Under the pieces are notes generated by a model, which worked only from the letters and a program-made list of their open reading frames with translations, searched no databases and was not told the DNA's origin. DNA of 63,861 bases, filler included, from Octopus bimaculoides (lineage: Eukaryota): the NCBI RefSeq assembly GCF_001194135.2. It is 10 parts of 8 records of this genome, joined end to end, with 100 filler letters (N's around TTAATTAATTAA, not from the genome) between each part and the next. Parts side by side here need not be neighbours in the genome. Positions count along the whole stretch, not along the records: positions 7,373 to 27,320 come from NC_068983.1; positions 27,421 to 34,419 come from NC_069008.1; 8 more parts are not named here. One strand, 5' to 3'. A program made the translations under genes and the position numbers. How positions within the stretch are numbered: the stretch's first letter is position 1; every line of letters begins with the position of its first letter. This document shows positions 14,536 through 29,243 of the stretch, piece after piece.

Positions 14536-15024
14536 AGTTGTGTATTAAAATTATATATATANNNNNNNNNNNNNNNNNNNNNNNNNNNNNNNNNNNNNNN
14601 NNNNNNNNNNNNNNNNNNNNNNNNNNNNNNNNNNNNNNNNNNNNNNNNNNNNNNNNNNNNNNNNNNNNNNNNNNNNNNNNNNNNNNNNNNNNNNNNNNNN
14701 NNNNNNNNNNNNNNNNNNNNNNNNNNNNNNNNNNNNNNNNNNNNNNNNNNNNNNNNNNNNNNNNNNNNNNNNNNNNNNNNNNNNNNNNNNNNNNNNNNNN
14801 NNNNNNNNNNNNNNNNNNNNNNNNNNNNNNNNNNNNNNNNNNNNNNNNNNNNNNNNNNNNNNNNNNNNNNNNNNNNNNNNNNNNNNNNNNNNNNNNNNNN
14901 NNNNNNNNNNNNNNNNNNNNNNNNNNNNNNNNNNNNNNNNNNNNNNNNNNNNNNNNNNNNNNNNNNNNNNNNNNNNNNNNNNNNNNNNNNNNNNNNNNNN
15001 NNNNNNNNNNNNNNNNNNNNNNNN

Positions 15025-15066
<42 letters not shown>

Positions 15067-15107
15067 ATATATCCATGTATTTCTGAGTCAGTGTATACTT
15101 CACATTA

Positions 15108-15142
<35 letters not shown>

Positions 15143-15202
15143 GTATTATCCTCTCACTCTATCTCTCAAAAGAAAAAAAAAATTGACCTCTTGCTATCCA
15201 AG

Positions 15203-15303
15203 ATCGCAGACGAACCAATATCAAAAGAAGAAACTCAGAAGAGGGTGGCAGTGTCGAGCTTCCTCATTCGCCAAAAGACAATGACATACAATTGACGAAT
15301 TAA
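15203..15303 (+). CDS. Candidate short terminal exon (xRRRTNIKRRNSEEGGSVELPHSPKDNDIQLTN*)
   Basis: Acceptor tcttgctatccaAG, then a protein-like non-repetitive 32-codon frame ending in TAA at 15301-15303. No upstream partner exon identified. Confidence 0.3.
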
Positions 15304-16009
15304 AAGGTGATTACACAGGTGGTGCCCTACCATGGACGCAGCCTTAGGACTGAAACATATCATAGAATAATAGAATAATATATGTATGCATTTTCCTTCA
15401 ATAATGTTTGCACGTGTCTGTACAAATGCATGTGCGTGTGATTGTGTGTTTTGGTGTGGGTGTGTAGCTGTGTGTGTGTGTGAGTGTGTGTGTAAGAGAG
15501 TGTGTGTGTGTGTATTGAGAGAGAATGAGGTGGATATATAAAGGAAATAACGAAATGTAGAAGCAAATAACGCCAAATAAAACAAAATTCGACGCACAGA
15601 AACAAACTTACAAAAATTCAATCATATGGCTGCAAATGAGACTCAGACAATAAAGAAGACAAAAAGAAAGATCAAAACTTCTGATATTTTACATGTTTTA
15701 GACGTTTACTTTCTCTTTTGTGAAAGTTGGATTAAAAGACGTTGCTAAGAAATACAAAAAAAATTATGATCTGTTCCCCTTGTGCGCACATCAAGAATTT
15801 AATGTCTGTATATATGAAAGCTTCAAATGAATGAAATAACAATATTTATTATATTTAGTATCGCATACACTCCCGTAACACATACATATATTAAATCCTC
15901 CTATACATGTGTGTATAAAACATACGTATGTTTGCACATGAACGTACATACACAACAAAAAAACCATACACATATATACATATGCATATATGTATATATA
16001 CATGTATAT

Positions 16010-16047
<38 letters not shown>

Positions 16048-17569
16048 NNNNNNNNNNNNNNNNNNNNNNNNNNNNNNNNNNNNNNNNNNNNNNNNNNNNN
16101 NNNNNNNNNNNNNNNNNNNNNNNNNNNNNNNNNNNNNNNNNNNNNNNNNNNNNNNNNNNNNNNNNNNNNNNNNNNNNNNNNNNNNNNNNNNNNNNNNNNN
16201 NNNNNNNNNNNNNNNNNNNNNNNNNNNNNNNNNNNNNNNNNNNNNNNNNNNNNNNNNNNNNNNNNNNNNNNNNNNNNNNNNNNNATACAAATATATATAT
16301 ATATATATGTATATACTTGTGTGGATAGTGTATACTATTATGGCAACCGAATAATTGTCACATTCTATATTAAATATAAATATATATATATATTCAGTTA
16401 TACGTATATATATATATTCAGTTATACGTAAATATACTTATACACAAACACACACACACACACACACACACGCATACACATATACACATCAGCACATGCA
16501 CGTATGTGTGCACGCGCTTGTGCATGCATGCGTTTCTCTATCATTTTCCATTTCGTTCATGTCATAGTTTATGAGTAACTGTTTCACTCTAACCTTCTTC
16601 GTCCTATATATAATAGCATTCCGATGTCTGAGAATAGAATATATTTCTCAGCAATGTAATTAGCTATTATTGATCTCACTGATGGCAGAATTAAGCTAAA
16701 ATGTTTCAGAATGGAACCAATTACATAGAACTTTCTTAGAATGATCCAATTTCTGCTGACACTACGGAATATCTTGTAGAAATAATGGAAAACGACTTTT
16801 TTTTTTTTGTTGAATTGAGTATAAAAGAATATGAAAATATCTACTGTAAATAAGAATAGGACTAGAAACTATTATCATAACAGCAGTGAAGAAATTCTGC
16901 AAAACGAAAACACCAATACGATGATGAATAACTGCAAAATTTAAAAAGTTTTTGCCATAATAATAATGATGATGATGGTGATGATGATGACGACGACGCA
17001 GATAATAGTATTAATCATAATAACAAAATCAACCACATTTCTAGTAATAATGATAGTAACAATGATACCTCTCGTACAAGAACGACACACGACACACGAT
17101 AGACTATAACAATCAGTTAAAAATCCAATATGACGTACGAAAAAAAAAAACAAAAACAAAGATCCCATATGTATATAGAAGATGAAAGACAATATATTAA
17201 TAATTGTAATTTTGATATTTTAATTTGCCACAGGGATGTAATAAAAATTATTAGCTAAGAATGTGAAAAATAGAATAAAACATTGAGATATTGAAATGGT
17301 GAGTGTAGTTGATTCTAAAAATAATTAACTTCCCCGAAATATGTGTGACATTTATTCGGGAAATATCAGGTTTACCTAGATTCTTGATTATCCTTATTAT
17401 ACATACAGATAGGCATACATATATGCATACATACATGCATACATATATACGTACATACATACGTGTGTATATATGTATGTATATGTATATATGCATATAC
17501 ATACGTACATACATACATACGTGTGTATATGTACATATATATATGTACACATGTATTTATATGTGCGTG

Positions 17570-17601
<32 letters not shown>

Positions 17602-17658
17602 NNNNNNNNNNNNNNNNNNNNNNNNNNNNNNNNNNNNNNNNNNNNNNNNNNNNNNNNN

Positions 17659-17708
<50 letters not shown>

Positions 17709-18149
17709 CACGTGTGCATATAATTAATCACGTACATAGTATATATTGCCATTGCTTAAACATAAAAGAAATATAGAACTGTACTTATACACAACTGTAA
17801 CCTGTGCTATAATTATTTTTATTCTTGAGTATTAGCATTCATTTTGCTTTCTTTCTTTTTCTTTTGAGTTGTTTCTTTGAAGAACGGCAGAAAATAACTA
17901 TATGCATCATGCAACTGATCCGCCTACATTTGTTTTTACAACTGTCATTATTATAAGAAGATTGTGGTTTCTGAACCATACAAATAAACCAGAGTTTATC
18001 CTATATACAGAAGTAATTATTCAACAGAATCCAACTATCAGCTACCCTACAGCTAATGGAAAGGTGTGACAGTTGGTGATGTAGTTACCCTAATTATCTC
18101 GACTCGTCATATATTATCATTATTTTTGCATGAGCTTTCAATTTTTCTC

Positions 18150-18640
18150 AGTATTGAATACAAACCGAAGCCACCGCGGTTCTTCTTGACAAATGACTAT
18201 AGAACCTAATGAAGCAGATGGACTATGTGGCCAGATATCTGGAAACGAACTCAAGATTTATCAAACATGTACACACATTGACGCAAGTTAACATATTTGT
18301 AAAGGAAACTATACAGCTAAAACAAGTTCAAGCCTAGGCACTTAATTATCATATCATCTTTGTATATCTCTCGTAATGTTGAAAACCAGAAAACTACGTC
18401 TCGATGAAGCATGACGTATACACGAATAGTGTTTAGGTGCTTTCTACACTGTATCCACATTTTGGAAGATATACAGAATGCTACTTTGAACAAACCTAAC
18501 CCGCCTGGTATTTGCTATGCGGATGATGTTTATTCGTTGTTTTTTCTATATCAGCAGAGAATAAATTTGTTTAATTATACTGTTACTAGTCGGTATGTTC
18601 TACTGATGACGCTCAAAGAAGCAGAAAGCATCATTTTGCG
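18150..18640 (+). mobile_element. Highly degenerate Penelope-like RT fragment
   Basis: ...QVNIFVKETIQL... and NKPNPPGICYADDVYSLF resemble the PLE RT motifs; there are many stops. Confidence 0.35.
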
Positions 18641-20482
18641 CAATTTTCCCATTACTGCGGGATGCTTTTTTTTCTGTTACTAATTCTATGTTTAAACTAT
18701 AATGTGCGCATAGGGTACTAGTCGATGCAAGGTGCTTTCTCGAGTTGAATATCTATGTTTTATGGCTTTCTGCTGTATATCTACGTTACGTAAGGTATAT
18801 AAAAAGCAATTTTCTAATACTGTTTCCGTCGTTAATATTTAATCATAATATTAATATGCCTGCATTCAACAAAAGATAAAAGCCAAAGTTGGAGGCATTT
18901 GGCATCACGATGTTGACATGGAACGAAATGTCATTACGCATTTTAAACAGCATTATAACTGCTTCTGCTTCTACTCTGACGTCAATAACTTTACAATAGG
19001 TGATACTGAATAATTATATCAATATATCATAATAAGTAAATTTCAGAGGAAATTTACAGACGGTAACGCGACGCGTCATTGACCATCAAAGTTTTTGTAA
19101 AAGATTGGCTTTATAAATAAAACATATAACATAGCTAACATGATTACTATGTGTATTATGACTAATATGAAAAGTAATCTAATAACTGTATTTCATCATT
19201 AATGCAAAATAGATGCCGTACTATTATTTTTTTCCCAATCATAGCGCCACAGTTATTACTACGTATTCCTTGGTGCTGCAACTTACAGGGAAATGCATTG
19301 GCTCTGATGTTCATGCCTTCCCCAAGTGTATGCATTGTGTAGGTTAAGTGAGTGAAATCTAAGAAAGGAAAACCAACATTTTAGAAATGTTACTCAATGG
19401 CTACAAACAAGTTCTCAACAAGCACACGACGCTGAGAAAATTTCATACAACCATTTTTGTAATCACTTCTAAAGATAATCCACTATAGTCGTAAACTAAG
19501 CAATAAATTTGTGTTCTACAGTTTACATTAAGGAAAGGTTAAGGATGTTTACTTTAATAAGATGATTTCATTATACATCAATGACACTAAAACATCTGAA
19601 AATAATTATAAGTAACAGAATGTATCATGATATGAAAATTAGAACTGGCAAAGATCACAGTAATTTGAAATGATTGGACATACACTATATACTATGTGGG
19701 AATGGGATAATATTTTTCACTTTAGTTTAAGGCGGTGAGCTGACAGAATCGTTAGCGCTCCGGACAAAATGTTTAGCGGCATTTTCTCCATCTTTAAGTT
19801 CAATATCCGCCGAGATCAACATTGCCTTTCTTCCTTTTGTGCCAGATAAAATAATTACCAGTTGAGCACTGAGTTAGAAGTGATCAATATCTCCGAAACC
19901 AAGATTCATTTTAGTATCTTCTGCTAACTTTTGCGAACGCAATTTTTATTAGCAAAGTATCATTACTTAAGAAGCATTTTATATGCTACTTTTTCAAGCA
20001 ATCTTAACCCAGTGACTACTCCCAATCCTCAGCAAAGAAGAAAAAAAACTTCTCTTTTGTTGCTGTCAACCTCCCTTCATATTTGTTCTGTCAATTCTTT
20101 CTTCATGTTGATACATTCTTCTATTTGTTTAAATTTATTTAGTTTTCCCTTCCATTTCTTTAAAATAGGTAGCGCTTTTAATTCATTCTCTAATTTCGCG
20201 TAGTACTTTCCTTACAATGCAATCACTTTCTTGGTTTCTGTCAATGCTGAGCAGGTTAGATTATAAGGAGTACGATTCTGCAAGTGCTGCCGCTGACGGT
20301 GATTTGGAGGATAATTTTCATGATGATGAAGAGGATGATGCTAGGGCAAAGGGCAGTTGGGGATGGAATTGTAGTTTATGCATGCTTAATAACTATAATT
20401 CACAAACCAAAGATGACAATTCATAGAATAATAGCGTAACATTAGCAAAATATATAAGCTGCTGCTTCTACTACTACTGCTG

Positions 20483-20580
<98 letters not shown>

Positions 20581-22280
20581 GTTGCTGCTGCTGCCGCTGC
20601 TGCTACCGCTGCTGCTGCCGCTGCCGCTGCTGCTGCCGAAAAGAGACGCAGAAAACTTAATGTACTAGCGCAATGGTTATGCTTGAATCGCGTTTGAACT
20701 GATTTGCCAGCCTAGAAATCTGAACCATATCTGATAGAATTAAACACTTAAAAACTAAACATTCTTATTCTTCCCTTAACATATCTGTAACGATTTGTGT
20801 GGTATCAACTTATTCCAACAAATGGAGTAGAGTTATACTGTGAGAAGGTAAGTCGACACTTCCGGTCAGAATTATTTAGCAGTGGTTGAGATTTGTATAA
20901 ATTCAACAATTTACCACCGACTTATCATCTTCACACACTATAAAGCTTCTTCAACTCTTTGAAATTGTTCATTAATTTTTTGCAAAACAGACCATCAGCA
21001 GTTTTTCGAAAGGATTGATCCAAATGCTGTGCAAGATGAATATTTATAAGTCTATTTTATCTTACTCAGCATAGAAGTGACATTACTGCAAGACTGAGAA
21101 GGTTGCTTTGAGCCTTCGTGTTTCAGGTTACGGAAATATTCCAAAATAGTGCTATATTATATCCTGGAGCAGCAACTCATGTATTGCTACTTTGTCTCAT
21201 TTTCTACAGACTACAGGAGCCACTTCTGACTACAATTAACAAGAGTACAAATATTTGTCTACAGCCATTAATTCTCATTGAATTAGCGTAGGCATGGTTG
21301 GTTATTTTTAGACACCTGTACACCTAACACAATACACAGAGGTAAAACATATGGCATTGACTTTGACAAAGCTCAATCTATGGATGAAAAGGACAAAACA
21401 TCCAAGCATTTCCTCAAAATCTCGATCCATTTAAGTTCACTGGCAAGACTTTGAATCAACGTGTGAATATAGTAAAATAATATTAGCCCAAGATGACTAC
21501 GATGAAAGCGAACCAGAATCTGAGAATTTCGAAGCGAGTTAGCGAAGCATTTAGCCATGGTCACTTTATATGGTGAACTTATGTATGTTGTAGTAGTACT
21601 ATTTATAAAGTATAAGATGCTTTCTGAACCCCGGTGCAATATTTTTAAAATTGATTTTTTAGCCATCAGTCTGTAATAACAATCTTCCGTCGCCATAGTG
21701 ACATATATATTGAAAAGTTATCTTAATATTTCCAAGAATTTACTTGCTTGTATGTTGTGTAATCTCATCGTCTCTAGTTGTTTTACAATTTCAAAGCGGT
21801 CAAATGGTCTGGAATTTCAGAATTGCAAAGCAAGATACTAACACACCACGTCTAATCAGATAAAACCATAAGCTACTTTAATAAAATGCACCGGACTACA
21901 AAGGAGGTGATTACTAGCCAATTGATAAAAAAGTTCTTTGGTATTTTCAAAGAATATTTTTGAATCTATATAAATATAAAAAACACCGTTAATCATTTCA
22001 AAGCAAGACAAATAAGCAATATCAAATTGCAATAGAACATATCGAGTAATACATATTCTTGTTTGTTTTGTTCAACACCATATAAATGGATCTATTTATC
22101 TATGAATATAAAATATCCCACCCATTAAGCATTTACATATAGATACAGAAACCACACATACACATGTCCATTTATATGTTTAGATGTATATATATGTATG
22201 TATTTGTATACATATATGCCTGCATATATACATGTATATGCACACACACATATACATACATGCATACATACATACACACA

Positions 22281-22312
<32 letters not shown>

Positions 22313-24367
22313 GGGGGTGTTTAGTACAACGACAGACTTACGTTTTACCACACACGCACGCACACACAAACGCACAGACACTCAAACATACATGCGTCTG
22401 CGTGTGTATCTTCAAAATATGATCGTTTGAAAATTATGTAGTAAATTGTTATATAATTTTGCTATGTGATGTGTTATCACAGCATACATATATACCCTAA
22501 GCAATTTCATCCTTTAACTAACGAGAAATTAACTGCTTCGAACTCCAGGTATTAACTACTGAAACCCTTGTTGCGGGGGATCAAACTGAGTCAGAATAAT
22601 AAACCAGTGTGTTATTAAGTCTGAGATCTTGATTTCTATTTGTTCGGACGTGTTACTTGCACGCAGAAGACTTACATTTAAATCACTACCTCAAGTTGTC
22701 ACCATCCAAGAACGATGATAGCACCCTATCTAAGGGATATTCATCTGATATTAAATAGTATGAAATTTAGAGATCAGCGTTATACTTCTCAAAGAAATGA
22801 AATATTTGACAGATACTCTATCTCGGGCTGCAACAAAGACAAAAATAAAATTAAGATCTACCGTCCTTGTGTAAGTGATACTCTAGCCCTTTATCTTTGC
22901 TTTGCTTTGTTGTTTTTGTTGTGCATTTTGTTTTGTATAGATACACGGATATATTGACATATTTATTTGATCTTCAAAATAACAAGAAACTAGGGTGGCA
23001 TACTGGAAGAATCGCTTGCACACCGAGCAAAATACTTAGCGACATATTCCTCTTTATGTTTTGGGTTCAAATTCAACTGGGGTTGAGTTCCCTTTCATCC
23101 TTTTAGTGATGAATTAATAAGTACCAGTTGAACACGAATCGATTTAATTGACTCCTCTCCACATGTGTTAGCATTGTGACAAAATTTGAAACCAATAAAA
23201 TAAACAAGAATGTATATTAAGTCACTTTCTGCGAATGATATGGTTATTACCAAAAAAAAAAATAATAATAAATAAAACATTTGCTAGCGTGCGTCAAGTA
23301 CCCCCAATCAATACCTATTGCAAGATAAATCGTCCAACCTCTAAGTACGAGCCACAAGTTATTAACTCAAAATAATTGAACATTAAATGTTGGAAGACCG
23401 ATAAAAGCGGCACTTTTGAAATGTACTGAGATTTTGTAATAAATTCTTTATTATTCAGCCGTTGATGTAGCTCAAAACTCATTTTCTATTTTAATCTATT
23501 ACATTTTTAACCGAATTACGACAAATTTAAAAATGTTGGTATAAAACGTGAGAAATGGATGTTATCTCGTGAAACACCAACCAAGAACTGTTCCCATTTA
23601 ACTAGAGTGTTTTCATTTTATGCCTTTCAATCTTCATTGTTAACTAATTCTGGAGGAATGTACTTGTATCCATAGAAAGAAATGAATGCCAAGTTTGTGC
23701 GAGTTTGAGCAAACAAGTCTCTTTTAACGAAATGATTTTTCATAATAATGTATATGTACTTATTTTGATATGAATATTTTAAAGCATTCATAGGCTTGTA
23801 GCAAATATATTCATGCTATTGAATGTGTGTGTGTTGAATACGCGTATACGAATTCATAAATATGTCGCTTTCGCTGTGTATGAAAGACTGTATATCTCTG
23901 TATGTGAATGCAGGTACATATATAAATGTTTTGAAATTCATAGTTCCTCATTCTTTTATCAATGCCTGTTAATGAATGTTATCTAAATATGTGCAACTTT
24001 ATACACATAGATGTAAACGTGTGCTTCTTTATATTTCTGCATGTAACAATAAGCGTTTGTGTATGGGTATGTATGTGTTTGTGTGTGTGTGTGTATGCGC
24101 ACGCGCATTAGCATGTTTGTGTCAAGACGTGTCATGTCACGAGAGAATCAATTGCAGGAGTGTAATTCGTACACTTGCAGCTAAGTGAATATATATTTCT
24201 ATATTTATGCGGAGAATTTATATACAAAGATCGTAAAGATCAAAGAATATATCTTAAAAGGAAATTACTTGAACCCCATCTGCCACACCTTCACATCTCC
24301 TATCAACAATGCATGACAGAAGTCAATAATACAAGTTACTTCGTCTCTAACACACACACACATACAC

Positions 24368-24439
<72 letters not shown>

Positions 24440-26005
24440 TATATACATACATATGTATATACATATATACAAACACATATATATATATATATATAAATAT
24501 ACATATAAGCAAACATACATANNNNNNNNNNNNNNNNNNNNNNNNNNNNNNNNNNNNNNNNNNNNNNNNNNNNNNNNNNNNNNNNNNNNNNNNNNNNNNN
24601 NNNNNNNNNNNNNNNNNNNNNNNNNNNNNNNNNNNNNNNNNNNNNNNNNNNNNNNNNNNNNNNNNNNNNNNNNNNNNNNNNNNNNNNNNNNNNNNNNNNN
24701 NNNNNNNNNNNNNNNNNNNNNNNNNNNNNNNNNNNNNNNNNNNNNNNNNNNNNNNNNNNNNNNNNNNNNNNNNNNNNNNNNNNNNNNNNNNNNNNNNNNN
24801 NNNNNNNNNNNNNNNNNNNNNNNNNNNNNNNNNNNNNNNNNNNNNNNNNNNNNNNNNNNNNNNNNNNNNNNNNNNNNNNNNNNNNNNNNNNNNNNNNNNN
24901 NNNNNNNNNNNNNNNNNNNNNNNNNNNNNNNNNNNNNNNNNNNNNNNNNNNNNNNNNNNNNNNNNNNNNNNNNNNNNNNNNNNNNNNNNNNNNNNNNNNN
25001 NNNNNNNNNNNNNNNNNNNNNNNNNNNNNNNNNNNNNNNNNNNNNNNNNNNNNNNNNNNNNNNNNNNNNNNNNNNNNNNNNNNNNNNNNNNNNNNNNNNN
25101 NNNNNNNNNNNNNNNNNNNNNNNNNNNNNNNNNNNNNNNNNNNNNNNNNNNNNNNNNNNNNNNNNNNNNNNNNNNNNNNNNNNNNNNNNNNNNNNNNNNN
25201 NNNNNNNNNNNNNNNNNNNNNNNNNNNNNNNNNNNNNNNNNNNNNNNNNNNNNNNNNNNNNNTATATATATATATGTCTATTATTTTACAGTTCTAAGTT
25301 TCTAATCTTTTACAGTTCTAAGACAGTGGCACGTGGTCATAGAGAGATACTAAACTGCAGAATTCCAATATGTGTCAACTGCTACGCTAGTTTTTTTTTT
25401 ATTTGTGAATTGGACAGCTGTATAAGTTGCCCACACATCTCGCTATAACATTGATGAATCACCTAATACTGTACACAGTTCACTGTCTAAGTTGTATTTG
25501 AATACGCTAACATTTGCTATCATAGAACTCAATTATATTTAAACAATATCCCGAGCTATAGCAGTAACTATTCTGAACTTTGTGGGGGGTTGTTCAGCAT
25601 TTGTCAACATGGGGTAATATTCATTTCTGTAATATGCATTGTCTACCTTTGGAGTCTGTCACACTGCGTTATTTTATATATAAACTAAATACAATTTACG
25701 ATATAAGTTTGCAGTTTTATTTTGATGAAAATTGCAGCTTCTTCACAACAAGAACTTTGAATGCCGCTCGCCTGCTTTAGCGAGTCCAACTATCAACCAC
25801 TTCTACTCTGTTTCGTGTTTTACCCATCTTTCCCTTGCGTTTTATTATATGTAAGGTATTCTGTCAAATACTTATACAAATTTTATATTCACTATAATAT
25901 ACAATTATATACACAGTGGTTTCGGTGAATCTCATCTTAGGAATTATCCGTAAAACTTATAAACGTTTGAAGTAATAATAGTTAACCTCCTCTCCGGTGG
26001 TCAAG

Positions 26006-26052
<47 letters not shown>

Positions 26053-26549
26053 GCACACAAAACACACACACATATATATATATCGTGGAATATCCCTCTC
26101 GCAGGCTAGCAACAAANNNNNNNNNNNNNNNNNNNNNNNNNNNNNNNNNNNNNNNNNNNNNNNNNNNNNNNNNNNNNNNNNNNNNNNNNNNNNNNNNNNN
26201 NNNNNNNNNNNNNNNNNNNNNNNNNNNNNNNNNNNNNNNNNNNNNNNNNNNNNNNNNNNNNNNNNNNNNNNNNNNNNNNNNNNNNNNNNNNNNNNNNNNN
26301 NNNNNNNNNNNNNNNNNNNNNNNNNNNNNNNNNNNNNNNNNNNNNNNNNNNNNNNNNNNNNNNNNNNNNNNNNNNNNNNNNNNNNNNNNNNNNNNNNNNN
26401 NNNNNNNNNNNNNNNNNNNNNNNNNNNNNNNNNNNNNNNNNNNNNNNNNNNNNNNNNNNNNNNNNNNNGTGTTCGTATGCATCTTCGATTAAAACAGTAA
26501 AAGACTTTTATCCACTAATGTGGTATTCACTACTCATTCTCAGTGTACA

Positions 26550-26605
<56 letters not shown>

Positions 26606-26759
26606 TTGTGTGTGTATGCGCGTGTGTGTGTGTGTATGTGTGTGTGTGTGTGTGCGTGTGTGCGTGCGTGTGGTTTCGCATTGTTGCGAAGGATTAACAC
26701 CACATTACTAGTGATTATTTATTGAGGCATTTTTTTCTACAATTTTGTACGTAATGCTT

Positions 26760-27250
26760 CGAATTAACAGAATAGTTCTTTGCATTAGCTCTTTCGTTTT
26801 GGTTTAATAGTTCAAATTAGATGACTCCCTTCATGTTACACCCAATGCATGGGTATTAATTTTCGGATGAAGTCTTGGTTTGGTTATGGCTCTTCCTTTT
26901 TTAATTGAATGTAAACCATTGTCATTTTCGTTTGGTATGTTTATACAGTGACCACTTTGTAAGACGTATAATGATTTTTCGTTGGAAAGCTTCACTAGCA
27001 AGTCTACTCTAACATAACGCTTCTTTGAGCGGGGAATGATAAGAGAAGCACCGACCAGGATTAGACGTTTTGGAATTCAGTGGTTTTCTAATTATAGAGC
27101 AATTTGATTTGGTCTTTCGTTTTCTATGGTTTCAGAAGCTCAATATTGACAGGTAGTGGTCGTTCAGAGTGAGGTCAATCTGTAAGTTAAAGTTCCTGAG
27201 CAAAACTGACAAAACCATCGTCTACATATCCGGACATGTAAACTTTCATT
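26760..27250 (-). mobile_element. Degenerate mariner transposase fragment
   Basis: KIIIRLTKWSLYKHTKRK*QW, KPRLHPK, MKGVI*FELLNQNE. Confidence 0.6.
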
Positions 27251-27480
27251 TCAAGAAGAAACAAATATACATTGCTGCTTCTATTGCTGTAATCTGCGAA
27301 AACCAAACATTACAATAGAANNNNNNNNNNNNNNNNNNNNNNNNNNNNNNNNNNNNNNNNNNNNTTAATTAATTAANNNNNNNNNNNNNNNNNNNNNNNN
27401 NNNNNNNNNNNNNNNNNNNNTCAGTGATTATCCAGTAATAGCACAGGCATTCAAAAATTCCAGGTTGGTGTCCTGGAACA

Positions 27481-27517
<37 letters not shown>

Positions 27518-27613
27518 CACATACATATATATATACACACATATATACATATGTATAAATAGAGAAAAGGATAAAGAGAACAATGGCAAAGTTAGAAATA
27601 TATTTTATGGACA

Positions 27614-27662
27614 GTCTTACAGCTGTTTCAGGGAAAATCCAATGCATCCCTTCATCAGAGAC
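27614..27662 (-). ncRNA. Type I hammerhead ribozyme (minimal, palindromic stem III)
   Basis: Minus strand reads GUCU-CUGAUGA-AGGGA-ugcauuggauuu-UCCCU-GAAAC-AGCU-GUA-AGAC. All core nucleotides are present; stem I has 4 bp, stem II 5 bp, and the cleavage triplet is GUA. Confidence 0.8.
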
Positions 27663-27995
27663 AGAAATAGTAGATGGAATCGATTACTCTATCTATAAGC
27701 GGTATACAGCACTTACTCAGTATTACTTGTATCTTTGGGTTTGGTTAAATCCAATACCCTTCTTAACCACATATATACATATGTATGTGTGCATCCAGGC
27801 TGTTCATAAATTATCTTTACAGCCCATGTGAAAAATGTTCTCATGTTTCTAATAAAACTTTGTTACTTTGCCAATGTTTTTCCAATAAACTCTGATGAGT
27901 TATCCTTATTTTTCATTTTCTCTTGAATTTTTCAAATTGTAAAGGTAATCTTATGAACACCTTAAATATACATGTTGTAACATAGAGGATATGAA

Positions 27996-28377
27996 GTGGT
28001 TAGGGCAGCAAACTCGCGGTCGTAGGATCGTGGTTTCGATTCTCAGACCGGACGTTGTGAGTGTTTATTGAGCAAAAACACCTAAAAAAGCCCCACGAGG
28101 CTCCAGCAGGGGATGGTAGCAAACCCTGCTGTACTCTTCCACCACAACTTTCTCTCACTCTTACTTCCTCTTTCTGTTGTGCCTGTAATTCAAAGGGTCA
28201 GCCTTGTCGCACTCTGTGTCATGCTGAATATCCCCGAGAACTATGTTAAGGCTACACGTGTCTGTGGAGTGCTCAGCCACTTGCACGTTAATTTCACGAG
28301 CAGGCTGTTCCGTTGAATTGGATCAACTGGAACCTTCAACGTCGTAAGCGACGGAGTGCCAACCAACCAACCACCAT
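27996..28377 (+). mobile_element. tRNA-derived SINE family C, slightly 5'-truncated, with a 14-bp TSD
   Basis: Head gtggttagggcagc..ggtttcgattctc; (CAAC)n tail; TSD atagaggatatgaa at 27982-27995 and 28378-28391. Confidence 0.9.
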
Positions 28378-28638
28378 ATAGAGGATATGAAATAGATCTT
28401 GGTGAATTAGAAACAACTTCATGTGTCTTTGTCTAATCAGATTACTATGAAAAAAAATATAGCAGTATTCTGGATAATTCATTTAGTCAGTTCACCAGCC
28501 TGTACAGAGTTAAACAATTTGTGTCTGTATGCATCTGTACATCTATGCATGCCTGCCAACCTAACTATTTGACTACCTGCACACACACATTCATACCTAC
28601 ATGTGTGTGTGTGTGTGTGTAGACATATGTATATATAT

Positions 28639-28676
<38 letters not shown>

Positions 28677-29182
28677 CTACATATATGTTAGTATGAACGT
28701 GTGAACATATCCAGGTAGGTAGTTATGTTTGTAAGTATGTGTGTATATGTATGTGTTATTTCTTTACTACCCACAAGGGGCTACACACAGAGGGGACAAA
28801 CGGATTAAATCGATTATATCGACCCCAGTGCGTAACTGGTACTTATTTAATCGACNNNNNNNNNNTTATATCGACCCCAGTGCGTAACTGGTACTTATTT
28901 AATCGACCCCGAAAGGATGAAAGGCAAAGTCGACCTCGGTGGAATTTGAACTCAGAACGTAGCGGGCAGACGAAATACCGCTATGTATGTGTATGTATAT
29001 ATATATATTTATACGCATACATGTAAATATGTATATTTATGTATCTATCTACCTTCATTATTATATATATATATATATGTATATCTTGATAGAAAAGACA
29101 ACAAAAGAAAGAAAGAGACCTTGATATTATATAAATAGAGGAATTTATCTGTAAAAATATGTGACACTTATTCGGTAGCCAT

Positions 29183-29243
29183 GATAAAACTCCCAGTTTC
29201 AGATGCTGGGCTGGGAACCCACGCCAACATCTCTTCAGTTATC
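29183..29243 (-). ncRNA. Hammerhead-like motif in the left arm of a long palindrome
   Basis: GAUAA-CUGAAGA-GAUGUUGG...CCAGCAUC-U-GAAAC-UGGGA-GUU-UUAUC. Stem I has 5 bp and stem II 8 bp; there is one extra U before GAAA and a GUU triplet. Confidence 0.5.

Noticed and set aside
17882-18062. 60-codon open frame between AG and GT
   Set aside because: The donor is weak, the peptide is not recognisable, and it adjoins PLE-like debris.
18600-18635. CTGATGA..GCT/AGC..GAAAGCATC after the PLE-like fragment
   Set aside because: Stem II and stem III closing pairs are mismatched; too degenerate to call.
21373-21696. 107-aa non-repetitive ORF
   Set aside because: No motif or splice support; this length is expected by chance.
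28810-28885. Direct repeat around a 10-N gap (same pattern at 47076-47215)
   Set aside because: Identical sequence on both sides of a small gap indicates an unmerged contig overlap.
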